DNA of 64,000 bases from Candidatus Poribacteria bacterium. GTDB lineage: Bacteria > Poribacteria > WGA-4E > PCPOR2b. The translations under genes were made by a program, and so were the position numbers. Below are positions 1-10,654 of the stretch, in pieces. The stretch spans positions 5,760,001 to 5,824,000 of the forward strand of contig OZ220744.1 of the NCBI GenBank assembly GCA_965116925.1, in the 5' to 3' direction. Numbering within the stretch: position 1 is the first letter of the stretch; each line of letters starts with the position of its first letter. A model generated the notes under the pieces. The model was given only the letters and a program-made list of their open reading frames with translations. It had not been told where the DNA came from and made no database searches.

Positions 1-754
1 GGTAGGTATGTATTTTAACTTGCCAAATGGACACGAAAATCTTCAGGTTGACCAGACCTTCAAACAAGAGCTTGGGGTAAACGCAAACCGGTTAATTGCA
101 AGCCAACCGCTATCGCCGGGAACACATCAAGTCGGATATTCCTACTTGATGCACGTTGTTGGTTCGGATTTAGTCCTTCCCCGAAAGCTGACGTTTGACA
201 CCGCTCAATTCTACGTATTTATCTCAGACGGGATGCCCTTGGTGCCCCAATCGCGAATACTAGGAGCGGGTCGTCGGGAGCAAGTTCATGGACTAGTGTA
301 TACCATCTATGCGACGGATCCGGCAAAGCCGCTATCAACAGGGCAAACTGTAGATCTACGCTTCAGAGTTACATCCGCCGCACCTCCATCTCAAAGCGGT
401 ATAAGTGAAACAGCTAGAAAACCGTCTGACCCAAAGATGATTGCGTTGATCGCGCTCTCCGCGGCACTTGCAGGTGGTTTTCTGGTTGCAGCGATTTTCA
501 AAATCCGATCTCCAACACCGAGACCGTCTGACGACTCTCAGAAGCCTGAAGCGGCACCCGATGCAAGTTGGCTCGGTAAGTTGGATGTCGCGGACCTTGA
601 GCGGACGCGGGTTGCCCGGCTTGAGATGATTACTCGTTTGGAAGAATTGCACGAAAAGCGTGAAGTCTCCGATCGGGTTTATAAGCGGTTGCGGAAAGAG
701 CAGGCAGATCGGCTTGCTGCGGTCTTGGCGCGAATGAATAGGAAAGGAGAATGA
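1..754 (+). CDS. Membrane-anchored protein upstream of ccmA, probably 5'-truncated; possible cytochrome c biogenesis accessory protein
   Basis: Frame is open to the window edge. A beta-rich region is followed by a TM helix (MIALIALSAALAGGFLVAAIF) and a CcmI-like helical tail (LEMITRLEELHEKREVSDRVYKRLR). Adjacent to ccmABC. Confidence 0.5.
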   Translation, partial: VGMYFNLPNGHENLQVDQTFKQELGVNANRLIASQPLSPGTHQVGYSYLMHVVGSDLVLPRKLTFDTAQFYVFISDGMPLVPQSRILGAGRREQVHGLVYTIYATDPAKPLSTGQTVDLRFRVTSAAPPSQSGISETARKPSDPKMIALIALSAALAGGFLVAAIFKIRSPTPRPSDDSQKPEAAPDASWLGKLDVADLERTRVARLEMITRLEELHEKREVSDRVYKRLRKEQADRLAAVLARMNRKGE

Positions 755-757
755 ACG

Positions 758-956
758 ATGAATCCTGAAGAAATCATCAATCTGGAAGATGAATCCTTAT
801 CTATTGCAGCTCTCGAAAGCACTGCTTCGATGACCGAAGATGAGTTTGTAGAGTGGTGCGATGAAGATATTCGTGCCGAGTATGTTGACGGAATGGATTT
901 GGTATCAACCTCCGCCTAAAAAACGTGATATTCTGCGCGAATTAGGTATCTCATAG
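758..956 (+). pseudogene. Internally deleted Uma2-family endonuclease remnant
   Basis: 758-919 encodes ...MTEDEFVEWCDEDIRAEYVDG (Uma2-like N-terminus). A second frame at 891-956 encodes EWIWYQPPPKKRDILRELGIS* (Uma2-like C-terminus). The catalytic core is missing. Confidence 0.6.
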
Positions 957-975
957 CCGCAGTTTTCTACCAATA

Positions 976-1677
976 ATGCTCCTCCAAGCCTCCCAAATCA
1001 CGAAACGCTTCGGTCATCGAACCGTGTTGAATGGGCTCGACCTCAACCTCCAATCCGGTGAAGTTGTTACGATTTTTGGACCCAACGGAGCTGGCAAAAC
1101 GACGTTGATTCAGATCCTTTCAACATTGATTAAACCGACATCCGGTACGCTTCAAATTGGAGGGATCGACGCGCTTGCAGAGACGTTACGAGTCCGTCCA
1201 TCATTGGGGTTGGTCGTTCACGAACCGCTCGCTTATCTCGAATTGAGTCCCTATGAGAACTTGAAATTTTTCGGACGACTCTACAGACTTGATGGGTTAG
1301 AGCAACGCATCGCCGATCTTCTCGACGAGGTCCAACTGACCCCTTATGCCCACGAACCTGTCAAGATCTTCTCACGCGGCATGATCCAGCGATTCATGAT
1401 TGCGAAGGCACTGATTCATGATCCGACGGTGCTACTCTTCGACGAACCGTTTTCGGGGCTTGACCTCGCTGCACAGCAACTTGTGTCAAAGCGGATTGAT
1501 CGGGAACGCGCTCGCGGCAAAGGGATTATCCTCACGACGCACAACACGGAATTGGGCTACCACACCGGTTCTCGCTTCCACTTTTTGCTGAACGGTCAAA
1601 TTGAGACGGTTGCTGAGAAGGCAGATATTGGATTGGAAGCGTTGTCTCGTGAGTATGAGGATAGGTTGAACAGGTAG
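976..1677 (+). CDS. ccmA: Heme exporter ABC ATP-binding protein CcmA
   Basis: Walker A GPNGAGKTT, FSRGMIQR signature, LLFDEP Walker B; precedes ccmB and ccmC. Confidence 0.9.
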   Translation: MLLQASQITKRFGHRTVLNGLDLNLQSGEVVTIFGPNGAGKTTLIQILSTLIKPTSGTLQIGGIDALAETLRVRPSLGLVVHEPLAYLELSPYENLKFFGRLYRLDGLEQRIADLLDEVQLTPYAHEPVKIFSRGMIQRFMIAKALIHDPTVLLFDEPFSGLDLAAQQLVSKRIDRERARGKGIILTTHNTELGYHTGSRFHFLLNGQIETVAEKADIGLEALSREYEDRLNR

Positions 1678-1700
1678 ACAGGTGGGATATAATTTAATCA

Positions 1701-2417
1701 ATGGAAGCATTCCGTCAAATCGGTTGGCTGATTCACAAGGACCTCGCGCTCCAATTTCGCACAAAGGACATGCTGGCTTTAATCATCGTGTTCAGCGTGT
1801 TAGTTGTGCTGGTTTTTTGCTTCGCATTCGGACCGATTTTCCCCGAAAAATTGGAGGAGCGGGGGAAATTGGCTGCCAGTGTATTATGGGCGACATTCCT
1901 ATTCGCAGGTATCATCACGCTGAACAGGTCTTTCGATGTTGAACGCGCAAATGGTGCGCTGCACGGACTGAGGTTGACGGGGGTAGATGCGAGTTACTTT
2001 TACCTTTCAAAGGTAGTCAGTATTTTCGTTTTTCTGATACTGTTAGAGGTCGTTGTTACACCGATCGTCCTTCAATTCTTGGATGTACTGACTGTTTTGC
2101 CAGTCGCGTTGCAAGAGCAACTCCCTTGGCTCCTGCTCAAACTCATCGGCGTACTTGCGATTGGAACGCTCGGTTTCTGTGCGGTGGGCGTCATCGTATC
2201 GGGTATTTCTACTGGTACACATGGAAAGGAAAGCCTGCTCTCTGTCATCTTACTGCCGCTGACCTTTCCGGTGATTATGGCGGGAGCGAAATGCACTGTT
2301 GCCCTGCTAACAACCGGTGAACTTGGGGGAAACTTCTGGATTTCAGTTTTGGTTGTTTATAGCCTTGTGTTCCTAGCAAGCTCATATCTCCTCTTTGAAT
2401 TTGTTGTTGAGGGGTGA
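1701..2417 (+). CDS. ccmB: Heme exporter permease CcmB
   Basis: About six TM helices, LNRSFDVERANGAL and LLSVILLPLTFPV motifs, position in the operon. Confidence 0.9.
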   Translation: MEAFRQIGWLIHKDLALQFRTKDMLALIIVFSVLVVLVFCFAFGPIFPEKLEERGKLAASVLWATFLFAGIITLNRSFDVERANGALHGLRLTGVDASYFYLSKVVSIFVFLILLEVVVTPIVLQFLDVLTVLPVALQEQLPWLLLKLIGVLAIGTLGFCAVGVIVSGISTGTHGKESLLSVILLPLTFPVIMAGAKCTVALLTTGELGGNFWISVLVVYSLVFLASSYLLFEFVVEG

Positions 2418-2455
2418 ATTCCCCCGTAAATTCCATTCCTAAAAAGGGAGGAAAA

Positions 2456-3124
2456 ATGACACGTACTCAAATAGTTGGGATGCTTGCAGCAATCTTCCTG
2501 TTTGTTGCAATCTACCTCGTTTTCAGCTTCGCAGAAATTGAGATGACGATGCTAGAAGTGCAGAAGATTTTTTACTTCCATATTTCTTCGGCGTTTACCC
2601 TATTCCTTGCCTTCGGCGTGACCTGCCTTTTCAGCATTCTCTACCTAATTAAGCGGCTGGACAAGTACGATACGATTGCGCTTGTTTCAACAGAAATAGG
2701 AATCGTTTTTGGGGTGGTCGTGTTTACCACGGGTCCTATTTGGGCGAGGTTTGCTTGGAATACTTGGTGGAATTGGGAACCAAGATTGACAAGTGCGTTG
2801 ATACTTTGGCTAACATATATCGGCTACCTTATTTTGAGATCTGCCCTAGCGGAGGAGAAAAAACGGGTCTACTCCGCAGTCTTGGGCATTATTGGCTTCC
2901 TGAATGTACCCATCGTTTACTTTTCGGTCGAACTCTGGCAGGGTGGTTTACATCCGGACACCAGCACCAAAATGAACCTTCCCCCAACCATGCAAATTGC
3001 GTGGTTGATTTCATGGCTTGCGCTGACCCTTCTCTATCTATTCTTGCTGATGTTCCGGTATCGCGCTGAACAGATGAAGTTAGAATTAGACACGATTCAA
3101 CATCAACAGATGGGTGAGTTGTAA
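2456..3124 (+). CDS. ccmC: Cytochrome c biogenesis heme chaperone CcmC
   Basis: Trp-rich motif GPIWARFAWNTWWNWEPRLTS with flanking His residues (IFYFH, LHP). ATG 2456 follows GGAGG. Confidence 0.9.
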   Translation: MTRTQIVGMLAAIFLFVAIYLVFSFAEIEMTMLEVQKIFYFHISSAFTLFLAFGVTCLFSILYLIKRLDKYDTIALVSTEIGIVFGVVVFTTGPIWARFAWNTWWNWEPRLTSALILWLTYIGYLILRSALAEEKKRVYSAVLGIIGFLNVPIVYFSVELWQGGLHPDTSTKMNLPPTMQIAWLISWLALTLLYLFLLMFRYRAEQMKLELDTIQHQQMGEL

Positions 3125-3155
3125 AATACAAACGTTCCATTTCTGGAGAAATTCA

Positions 3156-3509
3156 ATGTACAAAGGTTTATGGATAACGGTTCTCACTGTTTTTGCACTC
3201 TTTTTTGGGTTATTTCTATTTAGCCAAATTCCAGTTGCTATCACACAAGATGAGGTCTCCATTGCCGTCAGCGATGCTATTGCCGAAACGAATGTGCAGG
3301 TAGACGAAGTGGAAATTGAACAGCTTGTGACCCAAAAAGCGGTTGAAAAATTGGAAGCTCGGCAGAAAAAACGGTTGAAATTCCTCGTTTCCGCCTATTT
3401 TATCATCTGGCTAATTTTCGGTCTTTATGCCTTGCATCTCGCAAAAATGCAAAACCAACTGCACAAGCGGGTTGAGCAACTGCATGACGGTTTACAGCGG
3501 AAGGAATAG
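3156..3509 (+). CDS. ccmD: CcmD-like protein with N-terminal extension
   Basis: C-terminal LVSAYFIIWLIFGLYALHL followed by a coiled coil is CcmD-like; directly follows ccmC. Confidence 0.65.
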   Translation: MYKGLWITVLTVFALFFGLFLFSQIPVAITQDEVSIAVSDAIAETNVQVDEVEIEQLVTQKAVEKLEARQKKRLKFLVSAYFIIWLIFGLYALHLAKMQNQLHKRVEQLHDGLQRKE

Positions 3510-3564
3510 GCGTTACTTCCACCCAAGTTGTTTTGACCCCCGATCTTATCGGGGAGGAGGGGAT

Positions 3565-4812
3565 ATGGAAATTCGTGCAGCGAAAGCAGATGAACGGGAC
3601 GAAATCGTTGATCTCATATCCGCAGTATTCGTCGAAAAATGCAGACCGAGGTACGCCAGCCAACATTGCCAAGATTCCAGCTACGAGCTAGATCAGTCAC
3701 GCGTCTGCGTCGTCGATGGGAAGATTGTCAGCTATGTTCGCGTCTCAAACCGATCGATGTATATTGGAGAAGCGGTTGTGAAACTCGGCGGAATTGGTAT
3801 GGTTGTCACGTCGGAGGAGTACCGTCGGCGGGGTTATTCGTCAGCCTTGCTGCGGGATGCGATTGCGTACATGGAAGCACACAACTACGATCTCAGTCTG
3901 CTGTTTACCACTATCCAACCGTTTTACATGCCGCTTGGGTGGGCATCTTTTCCACAGACAACCTTCGAGTTGGAGCTCCACGACAAAAAAACCTTTGCAC
4001 CATCGGGCTGGAAAAGCCGACCATTTGACCTCGAAAGGGATCTAACGCAAATCAGCCAAATCTACGATGAACACAACAGAGGGCGCACCGGCACCGTTCT
4101 GCGCCCGGAGAAATTATGGAGAGATGGTTATTCGCAGCAGGTCGGTATGTTGCCGTCGCTTGTCGTCGAAAAGGATGGGCAAATCGGTGCCTACGCCAAT
4201 CTCGCGTTCCCCGACGATGATCAAGGGATAGACGCATATTTGGCAACATATTACCCAAATCTGCGGGAGGTCGGCTGTCGAAATGAAGATTCTGACAGTC
4301 TCCTCGCTCTCTGTCATGCGATTTTGGAAGCGGCTTATGAAAGGGGTATTGAAAGTATTTCGGGACGTTTGACCCGACATCACCCAATGACCTTGTTGCT
4401 GAGCGAAGAGAGCGGCAGTCCATTATCGTTCTCAATCCACGAAAGGATGATGTATCGTGTTATCTCGCTGGAGGGACTTTTCCAAAAATTGATTCCTAAA
4501 TTTGAGACGGAATTGGAAAAGGCCGGTATGACAGATCGGTCAGGCTCATTCCACTTTACTGTCAGGGGTCAAGGCTGCACGCTGAACGTGAATCGGGGGA
4601 AAGTTACCGCCGTTGCGGACGATAGTGGAAGGACAAAGATAGCACTGGATACTTATTACTTCTTGAAGGTGCTTTTCGGGGATGCGACATTTGGACAGTT
4701 AGAGGAATTGAATCGCATCAAGGGGATCAATCTGCAACCCGACAAAATGGCACTGCTCTCCACACTTTTTCCGAAAGATGAACCTGCACATTGGATCTGC
4801 GACTATTTTTAA
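3565..4812 (+). CDS. Eis-like GNAT acetyltransferase with C-terminal SCP2-like domain
   Basis: GGIGMVVTSEEYRRRGYSSALL acetyl-CoA motif, FYMPLGW, C-terminal ICDYF; strong SD GGAGGAGG. Confidence 0.85.
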   Translation: MEIRAAKADERDEIVDLISAVFVEKCRPRYASQHCQDSSYELDQSRVCVVDGKIVSYVRVSNRSMYIGEAVVKLGGIGMVVTSEEYRRRGYSSALLRDAIAYMEAHNYDLSLLFTTIQPFYMPLGWASFPQTTFELELHDKKTFAPSGWKSRPFDLERDLTQISQIYDEHNRGRTGTVLRPEKLWRDGYSQQVGMLPSLVVEKDGQIGAYANLAFPDDDQGIDAYLATYYPNLREVGCRNEDSDSLLALCHAILEAAYERGIESISGRLTRHHPMTLLLSEESGSPLSFSIHERMMYRVISLEGLFQKLIPKFETELEKAGMTDRSGSFHFTVRGQGCTLNVNRGKVTAVADDSGRTKIALDTYYFLKVLFGDATFGQLEELNRIKGINLQPDKMALLSTLFPKDEPAHWICDYF

Positions 4813-4844
4813 TCCAATTTGCTGGGTTCTGTTGGCATTTGGGT

Positions 4845-4924
4845 GTCGAGATATGAATCTCGACCTACAGGCGACTCGCCAGTATTAAACCGGGCAGGAA
4901 GGTCGGGCAAGATGCCCGACCTAC
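4845..4924. repeat. Two REP-like hairpins with CTAC foot
   Basis: GTCGAGAT-ATGA-ATCTCGAC-CTAC and AGGTCGGGCA-AGA-TGCCCGACCT-AC between convergent genes. Confidence 0.7.
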
Positions 4925-4983
4925 GGGTATTGTTTAGGTTACGACCTCCGGATCCCTGATAAGATCGGGACGATTCCCTTACG

Positions 4984-6045
4984 TCAAACCTTTCCGTCAA
5001 ATCGAACCCCTGTTGGGATCACATCGGTACTCTCACCGCGTCGCATCGCCTCTGCGGTATCGAGGACGCTGCGGAGGTCATGCTTTGGCTCATATCCCAG
5101 CAGACTTTTGATCTTGTGCAGGTTGAACTCGAAATGATTCGATGAAGGCACCCGTGCTTCGACGTAATCCATATTATACCGCTCGGCAAGATAGGGGACA
5201 TCCTCCTCCCATCGGAACAACGCTGCGCCTCCAAGCGTGAATTCTTCTCCAACTGCCTCTTCCTTTTCAATTCCCAAAACTAATCCTTGAGCAATATCCC
5301 GGACATCTGTAAATTCTTGTTTGTAAGGACGCCCGTTCGGATTTAAGCTGATGAGGAATTTCTCTTCGCCGGTCCAGAGCGATTTTATGGTTTCGATCAT
5401 CTCCTGCTCATCTTCATCGTCGCCGGTTTCATCCTTATACCGCTCATACACAGGGTTAAAAAGGAATAGGCGAGGTAGTCCATCTTCATTGAGAAATTCA
5501 CCGGGTTCGATAACCGTAGCAAAACGGAAGACTGTCGTTGGCACACCGTATTGGTAGTGATAGGTCATGGATAATTCTTCACCGATCCATTTGGTCAGGA
5601 AGTACGGCATGTGTTTGTAACGGCTTACCATTTCTTCGGAGATAGGCTCATCGAAAAAACGCCCTTTTTCGCCCAATCTCCAATAAATCGCCTCTGTGCA
5701 AGCATAGACAAATCGGTGAAGATTCGGCAGCCCCTCTCGGATGCATTCCAAAATATTAAGTGTCCCCATTCCGTTGATATTCAAATATTGCAGGTTATCA
5801 AAAGGACCGCCAAACGCAGCTGCAAGGTGATAGATTGCGTCAACCCCATCGACCGCCTGTTTTACATCGTCAAAGTTTCGTAGATCTCCGACAACCGTTT
5901 CGACACGATCATAACTATCAAGTTTGTCCGCACGACTTGAGTCGCCGGGATACACAAAACTGCGGATGTCGTGTCCTCTATCGAGCAGGCGTTTCACCAG
6001 ATTGGCTCCGATTCTGCCTGTGCCTCCTGTGACTAAAATTTTCAT
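4984..6045 (-). CDS. NAD-dependent epimerase/dehydratase (extended SDR)
   Basis: ILVTGGTGRIG, YHLAA, YFLTK (YxxxK). Confidence 0.9.
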   Translation of the reverse strand: MKILVTGGTGRIGANLVKRLLDRGHDIRSFVYPGDSSRADKLDSYDRVETVVGDLRNFDDVKQAVDGVDAIYHLAAAFGGPFDNLQYLNINGMGTLNILECIREGLPNLHRFVYACTEAIYWRLGEKGRFFDEPISEEMVSRYKHMPYFLTKWIGEELSMTYHYQYGVPTTVFRFATVIEPGEFLNEDGLPRLFLFNPVYERYKDETGDDEDEQEMIETIKSLWTGEEKFLISLNPNGRPYKQEFTDVRDIAQGLVLGIEKEEAVGEEFTLGGAALFRWEEDVPYLAERYNMDYVEARVPSSNHFEFNLHKIKSLLGYEPKHDLRSVLDTAEAMRRGESTDVIPTGVRFDGKV

Positions 6046-6255
6046 TGGATGATCTCCTTAAGTTATCTCCACTCACTATGGATTTATACGTACAATCAAT
6101 TGCGTAATTGCAATAACACGACGTCAGTATTGAGCACAACTCACATAACCCCTGATTTCGGTAATAATATACTAAGCGTTGTATCAAACGTAATCAAGAT
6201 AAAACAGTGTCCAGTCGTCCGTTATCCCGTTTTCCCGTCTTCAAATAGGTCCTCA

Positions 6256-8193
6256 CTACTTCTTGTCAAGTAGGTTATATTTCTTCAACTTTCGATAAAT
6301 GGTGACTCGATTGATACCCAGAGCCTGTGCAGCTTTTGTAATATTATTATCTGTCACTTCAAGGGCGTGGACGAGCGCTTGTTTCTCAATCTCTTCAAGG
6401 GAAAGGATTTTGGTTGAAGCAGAGGTAAGGACTGGCATACTGTCGCCATCGCTATCAGGGGTATACCCCACCCCCGTCGAATGCAAATCGTTCAGAGCGG
6501 GATTACTCGCTTGCAACACATCTGACGTCTCTAAAAGCACAGCACGCTCAATCGTGTTCTCCAATTCTCGGACATTGCCGGGCCAGTCATAACTCATTAA
6601 CAATTGCAACACACCGGTGGAAAATCCTGAGATCGGTTTATCAGCAGCCTCGGCATATTCTTGCAAAAAATGGTGTCCCAACAGGGGGATATCTTCACGC
6701 CGTTCTTTGAGCGGTGGAATCGGTATTGGAAAACCGGCAATCCGATAAAAAAGGTCTTCGCGGAACTGACCGGCTTGTACTGCAGCTTCAAGATCTCTAT
6801 TGGTCGCCGCGATGACCCGAACGTTGATGGGAATGTTGCCTGTGCCACCGACACGCTGAAGTTCCCGTTCCTGTAGCACACGCAACAATTTGGCTTGAAC
6901 CAGTGGCTGCATATCAGCGATCTCATCAAGAAAGATGGTTCCCCCATTCGCACTCTCGAATTTTCCAATTCTTTGCGCTGTCGCGCCGGTGAAGGCACCC
7001 CGTTCGTGCCCAAAAAGCTCGCTTTCAATAAGAGACTCAGGAATGGCAGCGCAGTTGACATCGACAAATGGTGCTGCTTTTCGCGGGCTATTAAAATGAA
7101 TGGCTCTTGCGACGAGCTCCTTGCCTGTGCCGCTCTCTCCCTGAATCAGAACGGTAATATTGCTTTCGATAGCTTGCTGCATCAGGGCATAAACCGCTTT
7201 CATCGTTTCGCTCTTGCCGATAATCTTATCGAACGCATATCTCATTTCGAGTTCAGTGCGCAAGCGGGAGACTTCGACCTCCATCTGACTGATTTCAATC
7301 TCTTTGGAAATATCTCGAAAAACAATAATCCGCCCGATGACATTTTGTTCAATATCGTGCACCGGTGCTGTGAATCGGTAGAGCATTTTGCGTTCTGGCC
7401 GGTGAATCTCCGCAACATCTTCAAACACTTTCTCAGGCTGTGCGAGCAGTAAAGTTTCCGTCTCTTCAAAGCGTCCCGGTTCTTGGAAGTACCCTTTAAT
7501 ATGCTCACCGAGGCTCTCGGGCGACATCTGTTTCAGTACCTCCGTCGTCAATTCAAACATATCTTCATATCCTTGATTCGCAAACAACAGACGTCCCGTA
7601 ATATCAAACATCGCGATGGCATCCCCGGTGGAATCAAGAACGGCTTCAAGTCTTTGGCTGCTAATTTCGAGTTGTCGATGTTTGTCCCCCAATTCGCTTT
7701 CTACATTCCACTTCTCCGCAAGTGCAAGCGTTATCTGCTGAATTTCCTCGCGCGCAAATGGCTTTCTGATATAGAGTAGTTTGTGAAGCAGCTCCATTTC
7801 GCGGACAATCTCACCGAGCGATTTATCGGTATACGCAGTCATGAGAACAATCTCAATATTTTCGTCAATAGCTCGAATACGCCGCGTAGTCTCAATACCA
7901 TCGATACCCGGTGGCATTCTTATATCTATGTATGCAACGGCAATTGGGTTATCCGTCTCGATCGCTGCCTTTATCATGTCATAAGCTTTTGCACCGCTTC
8001 TCGCGTGGAGGAGTGTGAATTTCGGGAGAAAACTCTCATCAACCTCTGAAGCAAATGCTTCTGCCAAATCATCTGTCGATTCCCCCGTGGCACCGGGCGT
8101 GAGCATCTCCTCAAAGTCCTGATGTATCTCTCTTTGATCATCAACGACCAAGACACGATAGTTCCAGTTCTTTTTGAATTCCATAATACGCAC
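6256..8193 (-). CDS. Sigma-54-dependent activator (REC-PAS-AAA+-Fis HTH)
   Basis: VLVVDD and DIRMPPG receiver, PAS domain, [42 protein letters not shown]. Confidence 0.95.
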   Translation of the reverse strand: MRIMEFKKNWNYRVLVVDDQREIHQDFEEMLTPGATGESTDDLAEAFASEVDESFLPKFTLLHARSGAKAYDMIKAAIETDNPIAVAYIDIRMPPGIDGIETTRRIRAIDENIEIVLMTAYTDKSLGEIVREMELLHKLLYIRKPFAREEIQQITLALAEKWNVESELGDKHRQLEISSQRLEAVLDSTGDAIAMFDITGRLLFANQGYEDMFELTTEVLKQMSPESLGEHIKGYFQEPGRFEETETLLLAQPEKVFEDVAEIHRPERKMLYRFTAPVHDIEQNVIGRIIVFRDISKEIEISQMEVEVSRLRTELEMRYAFDKIIGKSETMKAVYALMQQAIESNITVLIQGESGTGKELVARAIHFNSPRKAAPFVDVNCAAIPESLIESELFGHERGAFTGATAQRIGKFESANGGTIFLDEIADMQPLVQAKLLRVLQERELQRVGGTGNIPINVRVIAATNRDLEAAVQAGQFREDLFYRIAGFPIPIPPLKERREDIPLLGHHFLQEYAEAADKPISGFSTGVLQLLMSYDWPGNVRELENTIERAVLLETSDVLQASNPALNDLHSTGVGYTPDSDGDSMPVLTSASTKILSLEEIEKQALVHALEVTDNNITKAAQALGINRVTIYRKLKKYNLLDKK

Positions 8194-8255
8194 CTATGTT
8201 GCGTTCATTCATTTGGGAGGATCGGATGTAGATCCCAATTTATAGGGATGAATTC

Positions 8256-10295
8256 TCATGGGGTAAGGGCAGAAAGCGGGAGGATAACTCGCATCGTTGT
8301 CCCCTTACCGATACCATCGCTTAATGGGTAAATCTTCCCATCCAATCCATCAACGAAGTTCGCTATCGAATGCAGACCGAGTCCACTGCCCGACTCTTTG
8401 GTTGTATAATCTCCCTCAAAAATCATTGTGAACTTGTCTTTTTCAATGCCAATACCGTTATCAATTACCTCTAGGATAAAAGAGGTCAATTTAACATTAC
8501 ACCGGATTCTGATGGCAGGAGGTTCACTGAGACCTATTGATGCAGCAAGTTCGTCTATAGCTTCGACCGAATTTTTGATAAGATTAACCAACATTTGATG
8601 AAATTGACTCTCTTGTGTCCGAATCTCTTCCGGTGTATTCTTGCAATCAACATGAATTTCGATATCTCTTTTCTTAATAGACTCCGCCAACACCGTAATA
8701 GCATCGTCTATTGCCTGCTGAAGATTGACGTCTTTTCGATACACACTGCTTCTGCCGAGTGACTTCTGCATTCTGACGATATCAGCGATATGCTCAGCTC
8801 TATCCTGCACACGACTGACCGTCTCTGCCAACTTTTTATCTTGGCTCATAAAGTCATCTGCGAGGCCCATGATAAAAGGTGCAACTTTTTGACCTTGTGG
8901 ATGATTCGTGACATAATCGCCAAAGTCATCTTGATGGCCCTCAATTGCATTTGCCAATGCCCTGAGCCGGCTGGTCAGTCGATTCTTTATTAGATTTTCG
9001 TAAACGGTCCCAATGCCTATTGTCACGCTATTGATAGCATTCCCAATATTGTGAAGCAATGTATCGACAATCTCCAACCGCCCCTGCGTGTAAGCGCGGG
9101 CGAGGGCTTCGTCCGTTCGCTTACGCTCGGTGACATCGCGAAAAACGATGACGCCTCCCCTTTGCTTGCCCAATTCATCTTGTAATGGTCTACCGGCAAC
9201 CTCAATGTAAACCCCCTGTGGCACCTTTTCATTGCGTATAAACATTTCAACGTTGTCTGAAAACTCGCCATGGATTGCGCGTGTTAGTGGAAATTCATCT
9301 GATGGAAACGGGGTGATAGTATCGGGAAGAAATAAGCCATATTGTTCAGGCAATTCACTAAGCGTTGTTCCTATGGCAATATCAATAAGTCCTTCAGCCT
9401 CCGGGTTGAAGAACAAAAAATTCCCGTTTTCATCGGCGACAATCACGCCATCGCCCATACTATCCAGAATAGATTGCAAGATTCGGGTTTGACTCTGTAG
9501 CGCATCCGCTGTCAACCGCAGTGCCTCCTCCGCTTCTTTACGTCTAGTGATGTTGCGGAAGACCAAAACGACGCCAGTTGCGTTTTTCTTGTCATTTCTG
9601 ATGGGGGCAGCACTGTAGTCAATAGGAGTCTGTTTGCCATCACGGGCAGCGAGTATGTTCGGTTCCGTCAAACCGACAATAATTCCGCTCTGAAGTGCTT
9701 CCATGATATGTGTCTTGATGGAAGTTTCTGTCTCCTCGCTAATCACATTAAAGACCTCTTCCAGATCTTTACCAAAGGCGTCCTCTTGTCTCCAACCCGT
9801 CAGATCTTCGGCAACGGAATTGATAAATTGAACGCGCCCTTTTTCGTTCGTAGCAATCACGGCGTCACCAATACTTCTCAGAATTGTCGAAAGCCACTGT
9901 TCGCTCTCTTTAAATTTCCGCTCCATCTCATGCCTGTAGAGCGCGATCTCAATGTTAAGGTGTAATCTCCGTTCAGCAAACGGTTTGAGCACATAGCCAA
10001 AAGGCTCGGCTATCTGTGCGCGTTTCAGTAGGCGTTGATCGACATAAGCTGTTAGATATACCACAGGAATATTGAAACGGGTACGCATCTGTTCAGCGGC
10101 AGCTATTCCGTCCATATCTCCTGCCAACATCATATCTATCAGTGCCAAATCTGGATGTACCTCTGCTGCTTTTTGCATCGCTGCTTCGCCGGACGAAACG
10201 ACAGCACAAACGCCATATCCCAGACTTTTCAACAGATGTTCAATGTACCCTACGACATCGCTATCATCTTCAACAATCAGTATCTGTTTTGCCAT
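8256..10295 (-). CDS. Cytoplasmic hybrid histidine kinase (REC-PAS-PAS-HisKA-HATPase)
   Basis: ILIVEDD receiver, two PAS domains, LHNIGNAIN H-box, NLIKNS, DNGIGI and GSGLGL boxes; no TM segment. Confidence 0.93.
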   Translation of the reverse strand: MAKQILIVEDDSDVVGYIEHLLKSLGYGVCAVVSSGEAAMQKAAEVHPDLALIDMMLAGDMDGIAAAEQMRTRFNIPVVYLTAYVDQRLLKRAQIAEPFGYVLKPFAERRLHLNIEIALYRHEMERKFKESEQWLSTILRSIGDAVIATNEKGRVQFINSVAEDLTGWRQEDAFGKDLEEVFNVISEETETSIKTHIMEALQSGIIVGLTEPNILAARDGKQTPIDYSAAPIRNDKKNATGVVLVFRNITRRKEAEEALRLTADALQSQTRILQSILDSMGDGVIVADENGNFLFFNPEAEGLIDIAIGTTLSELPEQYGLFLPDTITPFPSDEFPLTRAIHGEFSDNVEMFIRNEKVPQGVYIEVAGRPLQDELGKQRGGVIVFRDVTERKRTDEALARAYTQGRLEIVDTLLHNIGNAINSVTIGIGTVYENLIKNRLTSRLRALANAIEGHQDDFGDYVTNHPQGQKVAPFIMGLADDFMSQDKKLAETVSRVQDRAEHIADIVRMQKSLGRSSVYRKDVNLQQAIDDAITVLAESIKKRDIEIHVDCKNTPEEIRTQESQFHQMLVNLIKNSVEAIDELAASIGLSEPPAIRIRCNVKLTSFILEVIDNGIGIEKDKFTMIFEGDYTTKESGSGLGLHSIANFVDGLDGKIYPLSDGIGKGTTMRVILPLSALTP

Positions 10296-10325
10296 TGTTG
10301 TATGTACCTTTTCTTTTTATATTAA

Positions 10326-10654
10326 TGAGGGGTGTGCATGTGTAGACATCTTAGTAGATTAATCTAAGTTGCTAGACCGGCGCGGTTTTCCCCCGCGCCT
10401 ACCGTGTGTTTCGAGGAAAATCGGGATTACCGATTTAAATACTTAAACTTCATCTGGAGCGCAGGCATTGACCTTACCACCTTCTATAGACATATCGCTC
10501 CGCTAGAGTGAAGGTTTCCGTCAGATCAGCGGGACTTCTGTGTATTCGACTTGTTGAAGCAACGTCAGTCCGGAAGCATTTTTGTTTGCCTATCGATGTT
10601 TTCTGCGTAATCAGCTGACTCCGTGATTCAGACAATAATGATGCACACCCCTCA
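10326..10654. mobile_element. MITE with 14-bp TIRs and TATTAA direct repeats
   Basis: TGAGGGGTGTGCAT (10326-10339) and ATGCACACCCCTCA (10641-10654), flanked by TATTAA at 10320-10325 and 10655-10660. Confidence 0.75.

Noticed and set aside
8..40. FNLPNG motif shared with the 53370-57566 protein
   Set aside because: A six-residue match with no flanking similarity; probably chance.
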